A stretch of DNA of 64,000 nucleotides. Source: Mobula hypostoma. Lineage: Eukaryota. Position numbers and translations under genes: made by a program. The stretch covers positions 31,746,001 to 31,810,000 of the forward strand of contig NC_086097.1 in assembly GCF_963921235.1 (NCBI RefSeq), given 5' to 3'. Shown in pieces: positions 22,786 through 36,689 of the stretch. The notes under the pieces were generated by a model that saw only the letters and a program-made list of their open reading frames with translations, was not told the origin of the DNA and ran no database searches. Each line of letters starts with the position of its first letter. The first letter of the stretch is position 1.

Positions 22786-25700
22786 GAGACATAGAAACAT
22801 AGAAGATAGGTGCAGGAGTAGGCCATTCACCCCTTCGAGCCTGTACTGCCATTCAGTATGATCATGGCTGATCATCCAACTCAGAACCCTGTACCAGCCT
22901 TCCCTCCATACCCCCTGACCCCCGTAGCCACAAGGGCCATATCTAACTCCCTTTTAAATATAACCAATGAACTGGCCTCAACTGTTTCCTGTGGCAGAGA
23001 ATTCCACAGATTCACCACTCTGTGTGTGAAGAAGTTTTTCCTAATCTCGGTCCTAAAAGGCTTCCCCTTTATCCTCAAACTGTGACCCCTCGTTCTGGAC
23101 TTCCCCAACATCGGGAACAATCTTCCTGCATCTAGCCTGTCCAATCCCTTTAGGATTTTATACGTTTCAATCAGATCCCCCCTCAATCTTCTAAATTCCA
23201 ACGAGCACAAGCCCAGTTCATCCAGTCTTTCTTCATATGAAAGTCCTGCCATCCCAGGAGTCAATCTGGTGAACCTTCTTTGTAGTCCCTCTATGGCAAG
23301 AATGTCTTTCCTCAGATTAGGGGACCAAAACTGCACACAATCCTCCAGGTGTGGTCCACCAAGGCCTTGTACAACTGCAGTAGTACCTCCCTGCTCCTAT
23401 ACTCGAATCCTCTTGCTATAAATGCCAGCATACCATTCGCCTTTTTCACCGCCTGCTGTATCTGCATGCCCACTTTCAATGACAGGTGTATAATGACACC
23501 CAGGTCTCGTTGCACCTCCCCTTTTCCTAATCGGCCACCATTCAGATAATAATCTGTTTTCCTGTTTTTGCCACCAAAGTGGATAACCTCACATTTATCC
23601 ACATTAAATTGCATCTGCCATGAATTTGCCCACTCACCTAACCTATCCAAGTCACCCTGCATCCTCCTCACAGCTAACACTGCCACCCAGCTTCGTGTCA
23701 TCTGCAAACTTGGAGATGCTGCATTTAATTCCCTAGTCTAAGTCATTAATATATATTGTAAACAACTGGGGTCCCAGCACTGAGCCTTGCGGTACCCCAC
23801 TAGTCACTGCCTGCCATTCTGAAAAGGTCCCGTTTATTCCCACTCTTTGCTTCCCGTCTGCCAACCAATTCTCTATCCGCATCAATACCTTACCCCCAAT
23901 ACCGTGTGCTTTAAGTTTGCACACTAATCTCCTGTGTGGGACCTTGTCAAAAGCCTTTTGAAAATCCAAATATACCACATCCACTGGTTCTCCCCTATCC
24001 ACTCTACTAGTTACATCCCCAAAAAATTCTATGAGATTCGTCAGACATGATTTTCCTTTCACAAATCCATGCTGACTTTGTCCGATGATTTCACCACTTT
24101 CCAAATGTGCTGTTATCACATCTTTGATAACTGTCTCTAGCATTTTCCCCACCACCGATGTTAGGCTAACCGGTCTATAATTCCCCGGTTTCTCTCTCCC
24201 TCCCCTTTTAAAAAGCGGGGTTACATTAGCCACCTTCCAATCCTCAGGAACTAGTCCAGAATCTAAAGAGTTTTGAAAAATTATCACTAATGCATCCACT
24301 ATTTCTTTGGCTACTTCTCTAAGCACTCTGGGATGCAGACCATCTGGCCCTGGGGATTATCTGCCTTTAATCCCTTCAATTTACTTAACACCACTTCCCT
24401 ACTAACATGTATTTCCCTCAGTTCCTCCATCTCACTAGACCCTCTGTCCCCTACTATTTCCGGAAGATTATTTATGTCCTCCTTAGTGAAGACAGAACCA
24501 AAGTAGTTGTTCAATTGGTCTGCCATGTCCTTGTTCCCCATAATCAATTCATCTGTTTCTGTCTGTAGGGGCCCTACATTTGTCTTAACCAATCTTTTTC
24601 TTTTCACATATCTATAAAAGCTTTTACAGTCAGTTTTTATGTACCCTGCAAGCTTTCTCTCATAATCTTTTTTCCCTTTCCTAATTAAGCCCCTTGTCCT
24701 CCTTTGCTGGACTCTGAATTTCTCCCAGTCCTCAGGTGACCTGCTTTTTCTGGCTAATTTGTATGCTTCTTCTTTGGAATTGATACTATCCCTAATTTCC
24801 CTTGTCAGCCACAGGTGCACTACCTTCCCTGATTTATCCTTTTGCCAAACTGGGATGAACAATTGTTGTAGTTCATCCATGCGATCTTTAATTGCTTGCC
24901 ATTGCATATCCACCGTCAACCCTTTAAGTATCATTTGCCAGTCTACCTTAGCTAATTCACGTCTCATACCTTCAAAGTTACCCTTCTTTAAGTTCAGAAC
25001 CTTTGCTTCTGAATTAACTATGTCACTCTCCATCTTAATGAAGAATTCCACCATATTATGGTCACTCTTACCCAAGGGGCCTCTCACGACAAGATTGCTA
25101 ATTAACCCTTCCTCATTGCTCAATACCCAGCCTAGAATAGCTTGCTCTCTAGTTGGTTCCTCGACATGTTGGTTCAAAAAAACCATCCCGCATACATTCC
25201 AAGAAATCATCTTCCTCAGCACTCTTACCAATTTGGTTCACCCAGTCTATATGTAGATTGAAGTCACCCATTATAACTGCTGTTCCTTTATTGCACGCAT
25301 TTCTAATTTCCTGTTTAATGCCATCCCCAACCTTACTACTACTGTTAGGTGGCCTGTACACAACTCCCACCAGTGTTTTCTGCCCCTTAGTGTTATGCAG
25401 CTCTACCCATATCAATTCCACATCCTCCCAGCTAATGTCCTTCCTTTCTATTGCGTTAATCTCCTCTCTAACCAGCAATGCTACTCCACCTCCTTTTCTT
25501 TCATGTCTGTCCCTCCTGAATATCGAATATCCCTGAATGTTGAGCTCCCATCCTTGGTCACCCTGGAGCCATGTCTCTGTGATCCCAACTATATCATATT
25601 CATTAATAACAATCTGCACTTTTAATTCATCCACCTTGTTACGAATGCTCCTTGCATTGACACACAAAGCCTTCAGACTTGCTTTTACAACACTCTTAGC

Positions 25701-25900
25701 CCTTATACAATTATGATGAAAAGTGGCCCTTTTTGATTTTTGCCCTGGATTTGCCGGCCTGCCACTTTTACTTTTCACCTTACTACTTTTTGCTTCTACC
25801 CTCATTTTACACCCCTCTGTCTCTCTGCACTGGTTCCCATCCCCCTGTTGTGAACTAATCTCCTCTCTCCTAGTCTCTTTAATTTGATTCCCACCCCCCA
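22786..25900 (-). mobile_element. CR1 LINE covering essentially all of ORF2, several frameshifts
   Basis: Consecutive ORFs from LCVNARSIRNK...ITETWL through [19 protein letters not shown] and FFTHRVV; (CTATGTTT)n tail. Confidence 0.93.
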
Positions 25901-26415
25901 GATGTTGGAAATTCAGAGCAACAAACACAAAATGCTGGAGGAACTCAGGCAGCACTTGTGGAGGGGAATAAACAACTAACGTTTCGGGTCAAGACCTTCA
26001 TCGAGGCTGGAAAGGAAGGGGAGAAACCAGAATAAGAGGGTGGGAAAGGGGTGGAGTGAGAACAGGTGAGGGGGAGGTGGGTGAGCAGAGAAGGGGGGAA
26101 ATAAAGTAAGAAGCTTTGAGGTGTTAGGTGGAAGAGGCAAATGGCAGAAGAAGGAGAATCTGATAGGAGGGGACAGTGGACCATGGAATAAAGGGAAGGA
26201 GGAAGGGAACCAGAGGCAGGTGAAGAAAAGAGAAGGGGTAAGAATAGGGAAAAGGGGGAAGGAGGAGAAATTACAGAAGTTATAGATATTGATTCATGCT
26301 GTCAGTTTGGAAGTTGCCCGGATGGACTATGAGGTATTGGTCCTCCAACCCGAGTTTGGTCTCATCATGGCAGGAGAGGAGGCCATGGACCAATATATCA
26401 GAATGGGAATGGAAA
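25900..26415 (-). mobile_element. Degenerate PLE 3' terminus
   Basis: Homologous to 47030-47590 (terminal motif, purine-rich tract, TCCTCCAACC...CAGAATGGGAATGG). Confidence 0.7.
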
Positions 26416-28744
26416 GGAGGGTAGTGAGTGTGTAGAATGCACTGCTAGACGAAATAGAGGAGGTGTGAACAATTACAATGTTTTAAAGACATTTAGACAG
26501 ATAAAGCCAATTGGAACTAGCTTGGATAGACATCTTGGTCGGCATTGGCAAGTTGGGCTGGAAGGCTTCTTTCTGTTCTGTTTAACTTTGTAACTTTGGC
26601 ATTAATGTGATGAGTGCATTGCCATGGCAGATGTGTTGAATTAAAACAAATAGTGAAAGTTTATTTGGATATACAAATGGGAAGAAGGCGGCTGAGGTAA
26701 GTGCAGAACCTCTAGGGAACGAGGCTGGTGACTTAATAACAGCAAACAAAGAATCCAGAAATGTTGAATAAATATTCAGCCCCCACTATGGAAGACATCT
26801 CTAATATTTCTAAGATATCAGACAAGCTAATTTCAAGTTCAAGTTTATTATCATCTAACTGTACATATATACAACCAAATGAGACAAAGTTCGTCTGGAC
26901 CTCAGAGCACCCACAAAACATATATCGCACACAGCACATAAAACAGAATATTAGCATCAATAAGTTAATAAAATATTTCAAAAAATGCATATAGTGTGCA
27001 GCACAGGTAAACAATAAACAGTCCAATGTTCCTGCATGCTTCAAGGCAGCCACTCTTGTTCCAGTGCCCAAGCAAGCGATGGTAAATGGCTTAAACAGTT
27101 ACCTCTGTTTGTCTGGGCTGCACAATCTCTCAGCGCCTGACCAGTATGTTGTCCAGCCCCATGGCTTTGTACGGGTTTACCCTGGGTAGGATGCTCTTCA
27201 CCTTGGCTGTGGCCAGACAGGGTGCCTGTTCCTTAGGGGGAGAGGAGGCTTTCCTTGACGTCACATCACTCATTGTGTCAAATCATGCATAGAAGGCACT
27301 CACCCTATCAGGAAGGGGGGTGCTGCTGTCGTTGATGCACAGGGTGGACATGTGCTGTCTGTTCTGGTTTACATAGCTTCCCACATGCACCGCGTGTCCC
27401 TGGGGTCACAAAGGTGTCTGTGGATTTCTGTGCCTACTCACGCTTTACCTTCCTGATGGCATGGGAGAGCGCAGCTCTTGCTGGCCTTAGAGTCATCCTG
27501 TCTCCAGATCTGAAGGCAGTGTCCTGATCCCTAAGCAGTGCACAAACCTTTGTGAAGGTTGAGCGAAGACATAATAGAAATGTTTAAAATTATGAGAGAG
27601 ATGATAAGGTGGATGATATCAGTCTTTTCCCGAGGGTGAGGGGAACCTGAGCGACAACTCTTTCATGCAGAGGGTTTATCTAGATTTGCAAGAGACGTTT
27701 GACAAGATGCCACAGAGAAGATTGATGGATCATTTTAAAGCCCTTGATAGAGTCCTACAGCCCATCTGGTCTGTGCTGAATATGTTCTAGTTAGTGGAAA
27801 ATGTCTGCTTGCATTTTCCCTATCCATACCCCTCATAATTTTGAATATCTCTATCAAATCTCCCCCCATTCTCCTGCATTCTAGGGAATAAAGTTCTAAC
27901 CTATTCAAACTTTGCCTATAAACCAGATCCTCAAGTCTGGGCAACATGTGACCAGAACTGCACACAATATTCCAAACTCAGCCTCTCCAACATCTTATTC
28001 AGCTTCAACATAACACGGGTTAGGAAGCTGTGGGCATGCTATGTTGGCGCTCAAAGCACGGCAAGCTTGCGGGCTGCTGCCAACACATCCTCAGACGCTG
28101 CTGCTCATTAACACAAATGTCACATTTCACTACACGTTTTGATTTACACGTGACAAATAAAACTAACGTTCTGATCTTTAGGTCTTGGCACTTTGGCCTT
28201 TATTGCAAGGGGGTTAGAGTTTAGAAACTGGGAGGTTTGCTTCCAGTAGTATGTGGTGTTGGTGTGGTCACACCAGTTTTGGGACCCTTATCCGTAGTTA
28301 CTGGAGTTCCGGTTAAACGGCGGCACACTCGGACACAGCAGCCTATCTGAGTCCAAACAAATGTGCAATCGTTCGTCCTTTATGTCTTTTTTGTGTACGC
28401 AAAGCACAAGTACTCTTGAACTTGAACTCGAACTAAATGGAGGCAGTACAAAGGAGATCCATTCGGCGCGTTCCTGGGATGAGAGGGTTTTTCCCAGGGG
28501 AAGAAATGGCTGATACAAGAGGCATACTTTGAAGGTGATGGAAGGAAAGTATAGTCCAGCATTTGCCGGGTTCTGTGCTGTAGTGCTCTGTTATTCTGTG
28601 ACTCTCTGGGGGTTGCGGGCGGGGGGCTGCGGATGTCAGAGGTAGTTTTAAACAGAGAGCGGTGAGTGTGTGGAGTGCACTGCCGAGGCTGATGGTAAAA
28701 GCAAATGCATCAGGGATATTTAAGACACTCATAGATAGACATAT

Positions 28745-28948
28745 TGTTGTTTCTTTCTGGGCCTTGTGGTGCATCGGGTGACAACCTTGCCATTTCTCTA
28801 GCATTAATCTGTCTTTTTTATGAGGGCGAATTGCTAGCTCGATGCTCACCCAGCACGGATGGAAAGTCATGCAAGGAGCCGGCCGGATTTGAACCCAGGA
28901 CCATTTGGCTTGAAGTCCAATGTTGATGCCACTACACCGCGGGCTGGC
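28745..28948 (-). mobile_element. tRNA-derived SINE
   Basis: Minus-strand head with A-box-like GGTGTAGTGG and B-box-like GGTTCAAATCC; inserted in a CR1 3' end. Confidence 0.65.
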
Positions 28949-29579
28949 TAGATAAATATGGATGATAGAAAAATGAAGGGCTATCTAGGAGGGAAGGGTT
29001 AGATTGATTTTGGAGTCGGTTAAAAGGGTTGGCATAAGACAGTAGGCCGATGAGTCTGTACTGTTCTATACTCACGCCCCACGCCTGTACACGTGCTGGT
29101 TGTCTCAGTAAAATGCAATAATAAGAAAGAAACCGTTACATAGCTTCAAAATGATCTAATGCGTGACAAGTGTGAGTCACCAATGTCCTTCAACAAATCC
29201 AGGCTAAGCCCACCACCCTCAGCTCCAACGCAGAATGGCTTCACGAATGGCTGATTACAAGGTAGGACACTTAAGCCATTGATACATTGGAACAGACTGA
29301 TCAACAACTGACGCTGGTGATGTTATACAGTGGCAAAGTTGACACACCACATGGCTCTGCTGCCCAGTCAGAATTCGAGCAGGGACATGCACACAAAGAT
29401 ACAGAGAGAACAGAGTGTCTCTATTGCAATGAATTATAGGCTGGAATTCAATCAAATCAGCCGGTACTGAGGAAAAGGGAGTTTATACAGAGAATAAGAG
29501 ACAGCTGAGAATCAGATTTTTTCAATTCATTTCTGGATCTGGCTGTCACTGGCTCGGGCAACACTTATTACCCATCCCT

Positions 29580-30500
29580 GGAACAGAGAACAAAGAGTAC
29601 AGCACAGTACAGGCCTTTCGGCCCACTATGCTGTACTGACTTTTTAATCTCCTCCAAGATCAATCTTGCCCCTTCCTCCCACGTAAACCACTTTTCTGTC
29701 ATCCGTGTGCCTGTCTAAGGGTCTCTTAAATGTCTCCAATGTATCTGCCTCTACCACCACCCCGGCAGTGTGTTCCACACACCCACCACTCTCTGTGTTT
29801 ACAAAAACCTACCTCTGACATTCATAGTATACTTTCCTACAACCACCTTTAAATTATGCCCCTGGTATTAGCTATTGCTAACCTGGGAAAAAGTCTCTGG
29901 CTGTCCACTCTGTCAATGCCTCTTATCACCTTGTACACCTCTATCAAGACATCTCTCATCCTCCTTCGTTCCAAGGAGAAAAGCCCCAGCTCGCTCAACC
30001 TATCCTCATAGGACATGCTTTCTGATCCAGGCAGCATCCTGGTAAATCTCTAAACATTCCACATCCTTCCTATAAAGAGGTGACCAGAATCGAACTCGAT
30101 ATTTCGAGGGCGGTCTAACCAGTATTTTACGGAGCTGCAACATTAGCTCGTAGCTTTTGAGCTCAATCCCCCAACTACTGAAGCCCAACATACAATATCA
30201 TACACCTTTTTAACCACCCTATCAACTTGTGCGGCAACTTTGAGGAATCTATGGGCATGGACCCCAAGGTCCCTCTGTTCCCCCACATTGCTAAGAATCC
30301 TGCCATTAACCCTGTGATCTGCCTTCAAATTCCAAAGTGTATCACTTCACACTTCTCCAGGTTCAATTCCATCTGCCACTTCTCAGTCTAGCTCTGCATC
30401 TTGTAAATGTTCCATTGTAACTTACGACAACCTTTTACACTGTCCAAAGCATTACCAACCTTTATGTCATCTGCAGACTTACTTACCCAGCCTTCTACTT
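29580..30500 (-). mobile_element. Degenerate CR1 3' fragment
   Basis: ORFs 29849-30037, 30006-30191 and 30143-30328 with CR1 C-terminal motifs. Confidence 0.85.
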
Positions 30501-30629
30501 GTCCTTGAGAAGGTGCCTGTGAGCTCCCTTCTTGACACACTCCCTTCTTGTCTGTCTATGAAGGTGCCCCTGCAATGCCATGGTGAGGGAGGTTCAGATT
30601 AATTCCCAGATGGTGAAGAATGAAATAGT

Positions 30630-31480
30630 TATAGGCTGGGATCTAATCCATCGGTTTGGAGGGGAGGTTTATATATAGAATAACAGATCCCCAGGAGTGG
30701 GTTACAGGCTGGAACCCAGTGCATGGTTTTAGAGATTTTATGTATAGAATAACAGTTCCCTGGTAACACACGTAAAATTTGCTGGTGAACGCAGCAGGCC
30801 AGGCAGCATCTATAGGATGAGGTACAGTTGACGTTTCAGGCCGAGACCCTTCGACAGTCCTGATGAAGGGTCTCGGCCTGAAACGTCCACTGTACCTCTT
30901 CTTATAGATGCTGCCTGGCCTGCTGCGTTCACCAGCAATTTTTATGTGTGTTGCTTGAAATTACAGCATCTGCAGATTTCCTCGTGTTTGCAGATCCCTG
31001 GTAGTGGGTTACAGGCTTGGGATTTAATCCAAGGATTTGAAGGGTTTATATATAGAACAACATATCCCTGGGAGTGGGTTACAGGCTGAGATCTAATTCG
31101 TGGGTTCGAGGATTTATATACAGAATAAAAGATCCTCTGGAGTGGGCTACAGGCTGCGATCCCCTCTGCCATCCAGTTTCTAGACAGACATTGAACTCAT
31201 GAACACTACCTCATTAATTTTTTATTTGTTTTTTTTGCACTACTTAACTATTTAATAGACATATATAGACTTAATATAACTCAGTTTTTTTGTTCTCTAT
31301 ATTTTTTGATCATGTATTTCATTGTACTGCTGCCGTAAAGTTAACAAATTTCACGAAATAAGCTGGTGATGTTAAACCTGATTCTGATCTGATGAAGTGT
31401 TTGGGGTTTTTTATATTGAGTAACAGATCCCCAGGAGTGGGTTACTGTCTGGGATCTGATCCCCGGCTCAGGTGTCGAGG
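30630..31480. repeat. Tandem repeat (~65-bp unit) interrupted by a PLE-derived palindrome and a LINE tail
   Basis: Repeated TATATAGAATAACAGATCCCCAGGAGTGGGTTACAGGCTGGGATCTAAT unit. Confidence 0.8.
30766..30990. mobile_element. Palindromic PLE-derived mini-element with hammerhead core
   Basis: ~90-bp inverted arms; TSD CAG(T/A)TCCCTGGTA at 30753-30765 and 30991-31003; CTGATGA...GAAACGTC at 30860-30887. Confidence 0.85.
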
Positions 31481-31584
31481 CCTCATTCCTGTGTTGTGTA
31501 GGGTGGGGGCTGGTTTTGAGGCTGGCAGGGGCAGGGCTGTGTGACTTTAACAGGCGCCATGTAAAAGGCTGTTGTCTTTGGCAG

Positions 31585-31785
31585 AAGGTGACCAGGCTGG
31601 AGGAGGAGGTCATGAAGCTGAACAAGCAGGTGGTGAGTCAGAGCAAGCTGTACCACGAGGCGATGCGCCGAGCGCGGAGGGCCGAGGAGCAGCTGAGTGA
31701 TCGCGAGGAAGTCCTCAGCCACCTGGAAGGACAACTTGCCACCAAGAGTCTGCTCAAGGATGGACATCAGTTTGAGAGGCAGAGG
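31585..31785 (+). CDS. CCDC170: CCDC170-like coiled-coil protein, coding exon A (201 nt)
   Basis: ttggcag|AAG ... AGG|gtgagt; KVTRLEEEV...[15 protein letters not shown]...LSHLEGQL...FERQR resembles CCDC170 HQKALQRAQKAE...LTHLEAEL...FEKQK. Confidence 0.8.
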
Positions 31786-31799
31786 GTGAGTGAGGTACA

Positions 31800-32815
31800 T
31801 CTTCAGTACCACTCGTCCCACAGTGTGACTCTCCCTCAGTACCTTCTCTCCTACAGTGTGACCCTCCCTCAGTACCACCCCTCCCACAGTGTGACCCTTC
31901 CTCAGTACTACCCCTCCTACAGTGTGACCCTTCCTCAGTACCACCCCTTCCACAGTGTGACCCTCCCTCAGTACCTCCCCTCCCACAGTGTGACCCTCCC
32001 TCAGTACCTCCCCTCCCACAGTGTGACCCTTCCTCAGTACTACCCCGCCTACAGTGTGACCCTCCCTCAGTACCACCCCTTCCACAGTGTGACCCTCCCT
32101 CAGTACCTCCCCTCCCACAGTGTGACCCTCCCTCAGTACCTCCTCTCCCACAGTGTGACCCTTCCTCAGTACCACCCCTACCACAGTGTGACCCTCCCTT
32201 ATTACCGCTGCTCCCACAGTGTGACTCTCCCTCAGTACCTCCCCTCCCACAGTGTGACCCTCCCTCAGTACCTCCTCTCCCACAGTGTGACCCTTCCTCA
32301 GTACTACCCCTCCCACAGTGTGACCCTCCCTCAGTACCTCCCCTCCCACAGTGTGACCCTTCCTCAGTACTACCCCTCCCACAGTGTCACCCTCCCTCAG
32401 TACCAGCCCTACCACAGTGTGACCCTCCCTCAGTACCTCCCCTCCCACAGTGTGACCCTTCCTCAGTACAACCCCTCCCACAGTGTGACCCTTCCTCAGT
32501 ACTACCCCTCCCACAGTGTGACCCTCCCTCAGGACCACCCCTACCACAGTGTGACCCTCCCACAGTACCACCCCTCCCAGTGTCACCCTCCCTCAGTACC
32601 TCCCCTCCCACAGTGTGACCCTTCCTCAGTACCACCCCTCACACTGCGTGACCCTCCCTCAGTACCACCCCTCCCACAGTGTGACCCTCCCTCAGTACCT
32701 CCCCTCCCATAGTGTGACGCTCCCACAGTACCTCCCCTCCCAGTGTCACCCTCCCTCAGTACCTCCCCTCCCACAGTGTGACTCTCCCTCAGTACCACCC
32801 CTCCCAATGTGACCA
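31800..32815. repeat. 30-bp minisatellite, about 33 copies
   Basis: Unit CCTCAGTACC(A/T)CCCCTCCCACAGTGTGACCCT(C/T)-type repeated head to tail. Confidence 0.95.
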
Positions 32816-33564
32816 TGCAGCGCACACTTATCTCCACACAGGACTCGTCTCTGGATGTGACTCGAATTTGTGATCTTTTGATAACATTGACTCTGATTCA
32901 GGAAGCCAGCACAAACTGAAAGCCACCTTTCAAAATGAGTTCTGTGGAGCCCCTGGGGATCCCTTGGGAAGAGATCTTGCTGGTGTGTAGGGAACGGGTT
33001 TAGAGATCCCTCCTTGGTACGCATGGAAGTAGATCTCAGAGGGTAGAACTTCCTGCCTCGTTCTCTTTCTGATCCTGAGGAGCACTGAGAGTTGAGTGAT
33101 GAGGAGCTCTGTCAAAAGACCAGCACAAGCACAGTGGACTGAATGGCCTTGCCCTGAATCACTCTGGATGTACTTGCCATTCTGGAAGGCTGATTTTGCC
33201 GGCAGTGTTTTCAATACTTGTAGTGCACTCAGTGACTTTGACTAGAGCGTTGCCTCTCATCACCTCTGCCTTTTTGGTTGTTTATCTTTCCCTGAAATGA
33301 ATTCAAGGAATATCAATTTGAACTGCTGTTTTTTAAAAAAAATTAGCTCACCTACTTGCTCATTTGCCATTTAATTTACTTCAATGTAAACGTCAGAGAG
33401 GATGCTGTTATATAACACACTGCTTCACAAAATATCACTCAGCAGAAGAACATAAAAATTGGGAACATATTCTCACTCAAGCAATCATTTAAAGTTTTGA
33501 ATCATCTTCTACTTCAGTGGAATCTTCCAGCACCATCCAATTTTCCTCAACTCCTTATGATACG

Positions 33565-34600
33565 ACCATGAGACATAGGAGCAGAATTACACTGTTTGAC
33601 CCGTCTGGTTCTTTCTCCCACTTGATTGTGGCTGATTTGTTATCCCACTCAACCTCACTCTCCTGCCTTCTCCCTGTAACTTCTGATGCCCTTACTAATC
33701 TAGAATCTATCAACCCCTGCTTTAAATATCCCAGTGACATGGTCTCCACAGCCGTCTGCGGCAATGAATTCCACAGATTCACTACCCTCTGGCCGAAGAA
33801 ATTCCTCCTTATCTCTGACCTACAGGGATGTCCTTGTATTCTGAGGCATGGCCCTCTGGTTCTGGACTCCCCCGATACTGGAACCATCCTCTCCATGTCC
33901 ACACTACCTAGACCTTTCAACATTCAATAGGTTTCAATGAGAATCCCCCCTTCATTTTCCTAAACTCCAGTGAGTACGGGCCCAGAGCCATATGTTGAAA
34001 GATTGGAGCTACTGGGGTTGTATACACTGGAATTTAGAAGGATGAGAGGGAATCTGATTGAAATATATAAGATTATTAAGGGATTGGACACACTAGAGGC
34101 AGGAAACATGTTCCCGATGTTGGGGGAGTCCAGAACCGGAGGCCACAGTTTAAGAATAAGGGGTAGGCCATTTAGAACGGAGTTGAGGAAAAACTTCTTC
34201 ACACAGGGAGTTGTGGATCTGTGGAATGCTCTGCCTCAGAAGGCTGTGGAGGCCAATTCTCTGGATTCTTTCAAGAAAGAGTTAGATAGAGCTCTTAAAG
34301 ATAGCGGAGTGAAGGGATATGGGGTGAAGGCAGGAAAAGGGTACTGATTGTGGATAATCAGCCATGATCACAGTGAATGGTGGTGCTGGCTCGAAGGGCT
34401 GAATGGCCTACTCCTGCACCTATTGTCTATTGTCTATTGTCATTCAGCGGTCTGCATACATTAACCATTTCATTCCCGGGATCACTTTCATAAACTTCCT
34501 CTGGGTCCTCTCCAATGCCAGCTCATCCTTTCTTACATATGGGGCTCAAAGTGCTCACAAAACTCCAAATGTGGTCTGACCTCATCATTCTAGTCCTCTT
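33565..34600 (-). mobile_element. CR1 3' fragment with a nested + strand CR1 3' end (~33990-34440)
   Basis: ORFs 33555-33923 (-) and 33970-34347 (+); the latter closely resembles the 8860-10040 subfamily. Confidence 0.85.
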
Positions 34601-35741
34601 AAAATGAAAGCTCTGACGATCTATATCCCTCCATTTCCAGCACATTCATGTGCCTGTCTAACAGCCCTTAAATGCCTCTGCCACCACCCCCAGCAGCACA
34701 TTCCAAGCACCCACCAGTCTTTATGTAAAAAAACGGCCACACGCATCTCCTTTGAAATTTCCCCCTCTTAGCTTAAATGCGCGCCCTCTATTAGTCATTT
34801 CGACCCTGGGAAATAGGAACCAGCTGTCGATTCTATCTGAGCTTCTCATAGCCTTATACACCTCTATTAGGTCTCCCTTCAGTCTCTGCCTCTTCAGTGA
34901 AAGCAATCCAATTCTATCCAACCCCTCCTTATAGCTCATACCCTCTGATGCAGGCAGTGCCAGCTGTGCCTGCTTTTTGGTCAGCTACGTCGAACAGTCC
35001 ATGTTCACTGGAAACGTGTCCCCAGCTTTTTCTGTGCTCAGCATGGGTGATGCTTCCTGCAGTCTCCTGCTGGGCTCATCAATTTCATCAACTTTGCCTT
35101 CAACTTCCACCCTGCCCTTAAATTTATTTGGTCCACCTTGGACACCTCTTCTCTCTCTCTCTCTGGAGGCACATTCAATAGGTTTCAATGAGATTCCCCC
35201 CCCCCCCTCATCTCTCTCTCTCCCTCCCTCCATCTCTGTTATCTTTTACAAACCTACGGGCTCTCACAGCAACCTTGACTGTACCACTTCCCACCCAGCC
35301 ACTTGTGAAAACACTATTCCCTTTTCTCATTTCCTCCGTCTCCGCCGTATCTGTTCTCGGGATAGAGCTTCCCGTTCAAGAACAGCATTTTGTGTGTGGT
35401 GCTCTGGACTCCCAGCATCTGCTGAGTATCTTGTGTTTATCATCCTGGTGAACCTCTCCAAAGCCTCCACATCCTTCCTACGTGGCATCCTGCTTCCATG
35501 GCATGCATTCCAGGCACCCACCACTCTCACCTGACCCGCATATCTTTAAACTTTCCCTCCTCACCTTAAATCTATGTCCTCAAGTATTTCACATATCCAC
35601 CTGAGGAAAATGAGTCTGACTATCAACTCTATCTATGCCTCTAATCATCTTAGAACCAGGTCTCCCCTCACTCTCTGCCACTACAGTGAAAATAACCCAA
35701 GTTTGTCCAACCTCTTCCTTAAGCTAAAACTCTCTAATCCA

Positions 35742-35893
35742 CAAAATGCTGGAGGAACTCAGCAGGCCAGGGGCATCTATGAAAAAAAATACTCTACTTC
35801 TTCCCATAGATGCTTTCTGGCCTGCTGAGTTCCTCCAGTATTTTGTGTGTGTTGCTTGGATTTCCAGCATCTGCAGATTCTCTCTTGTTTGTG
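35742..35893. mobile_element. Palindromic PLE-derived mini-element (centre deleted)
   Basis: Inverted arms; exact 13-bp TSD ACTCTCTAATCCA at 35729-35741 and 35894-35906. Confidence 0.8.
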
Positions 35894-36222
35894 ACTCTCT
35901 AATCCAGGCAGCAACCCGGTGAACCTCTTCGACACTATCCCCAAAGCCTCCGTGTTCTTCCAGTAATTGGGCAGCCATACAGTGTTCCAAATGTGGTCTA
36001 ACCAAAGCTTTATACAGCTTCATATATGCTTAATGGTGCTACAGGGAGACTCCTGGGGTGAAGACTGAGTGATGGGAAGGAGGCTGGTGAAGTGCAGGAA
36101 CACTATACCATGATTTCAGCCAGTTGGCAAGCCCGAGTTTTGCCTCTCCCTGTTGACCCTGCACCTTATTTTTGTTCTCTGTTGCCCTTGAGAATCTCTC
36201 ATGTTATTTTGCTCTCTCTCAG

Positions 36223-36396
36223 CACACCAAATTCCTGCATGGGCTAGCCCAAGCGATGAACGTGGAGCGAGACGAGCAGATGGATGACCTGGAGGACCAG
36301 GCCGAGAAGCTGCTGGCCAGGGCTCGAGCGCTGGCAGAGATTGAGCGGGAGAGGACAGACGACAGCAACGCGTTCCTACAGAACCTGCAGCAAAAG
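36223..36396 (+). CDS. CCDC170: CCDC170-like coding exon B (174 nt)
   Basis: ctctctctcag|CAC ... AAG|gtcaca; HTKFLHGLAQAMNV...LLARARALAEIE...QNLQQK resembles YLKFLDQLSQKMKL...VLARTEQLVRLE...HNLQRK. Confidence 0.8.
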
Positions 36397-36689
36397 GTCA
36401 CAGTCCAACCTAGCAGCTGCCTGCTGTTTACTGTTGCTGTTGGTACAGAGAGAACGGCTTCACTATAATGATAACTCCCGAGAACCCGAGGTCACACAAC
36501 TGTGCACACCTTAACCCCTTAACCCCCTAGCCCTAGTCCAAAGTCAGCAAGTGAAGCCTATTCACAGTCTGTTTCTAGTGTGTTGTTAAATCGAACCAAT
36601 TTGGAATCATCTTTATCCAAGAATATGGCTTTATTTACAAAATGCTTCATCAAGTAACAATCTATTTCCATGTTTTTAGAAGGATAGTT

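Noticed and set aside
28875..28948. tRNA gene
   Set aside because: The tRNA-like head continues into a SINE body inserted in a CR1 3' end, and the cloverleaf pairing is poor.
31483..32837. Long repeat ORFs (367 aa minus, 398 aa plus) as real proteins, or the array as CRISPR
   Set aside because: They are by-products of a stop-free 30-bp unit; there are no unique spacers, and a canonical splice donor precedes the array.
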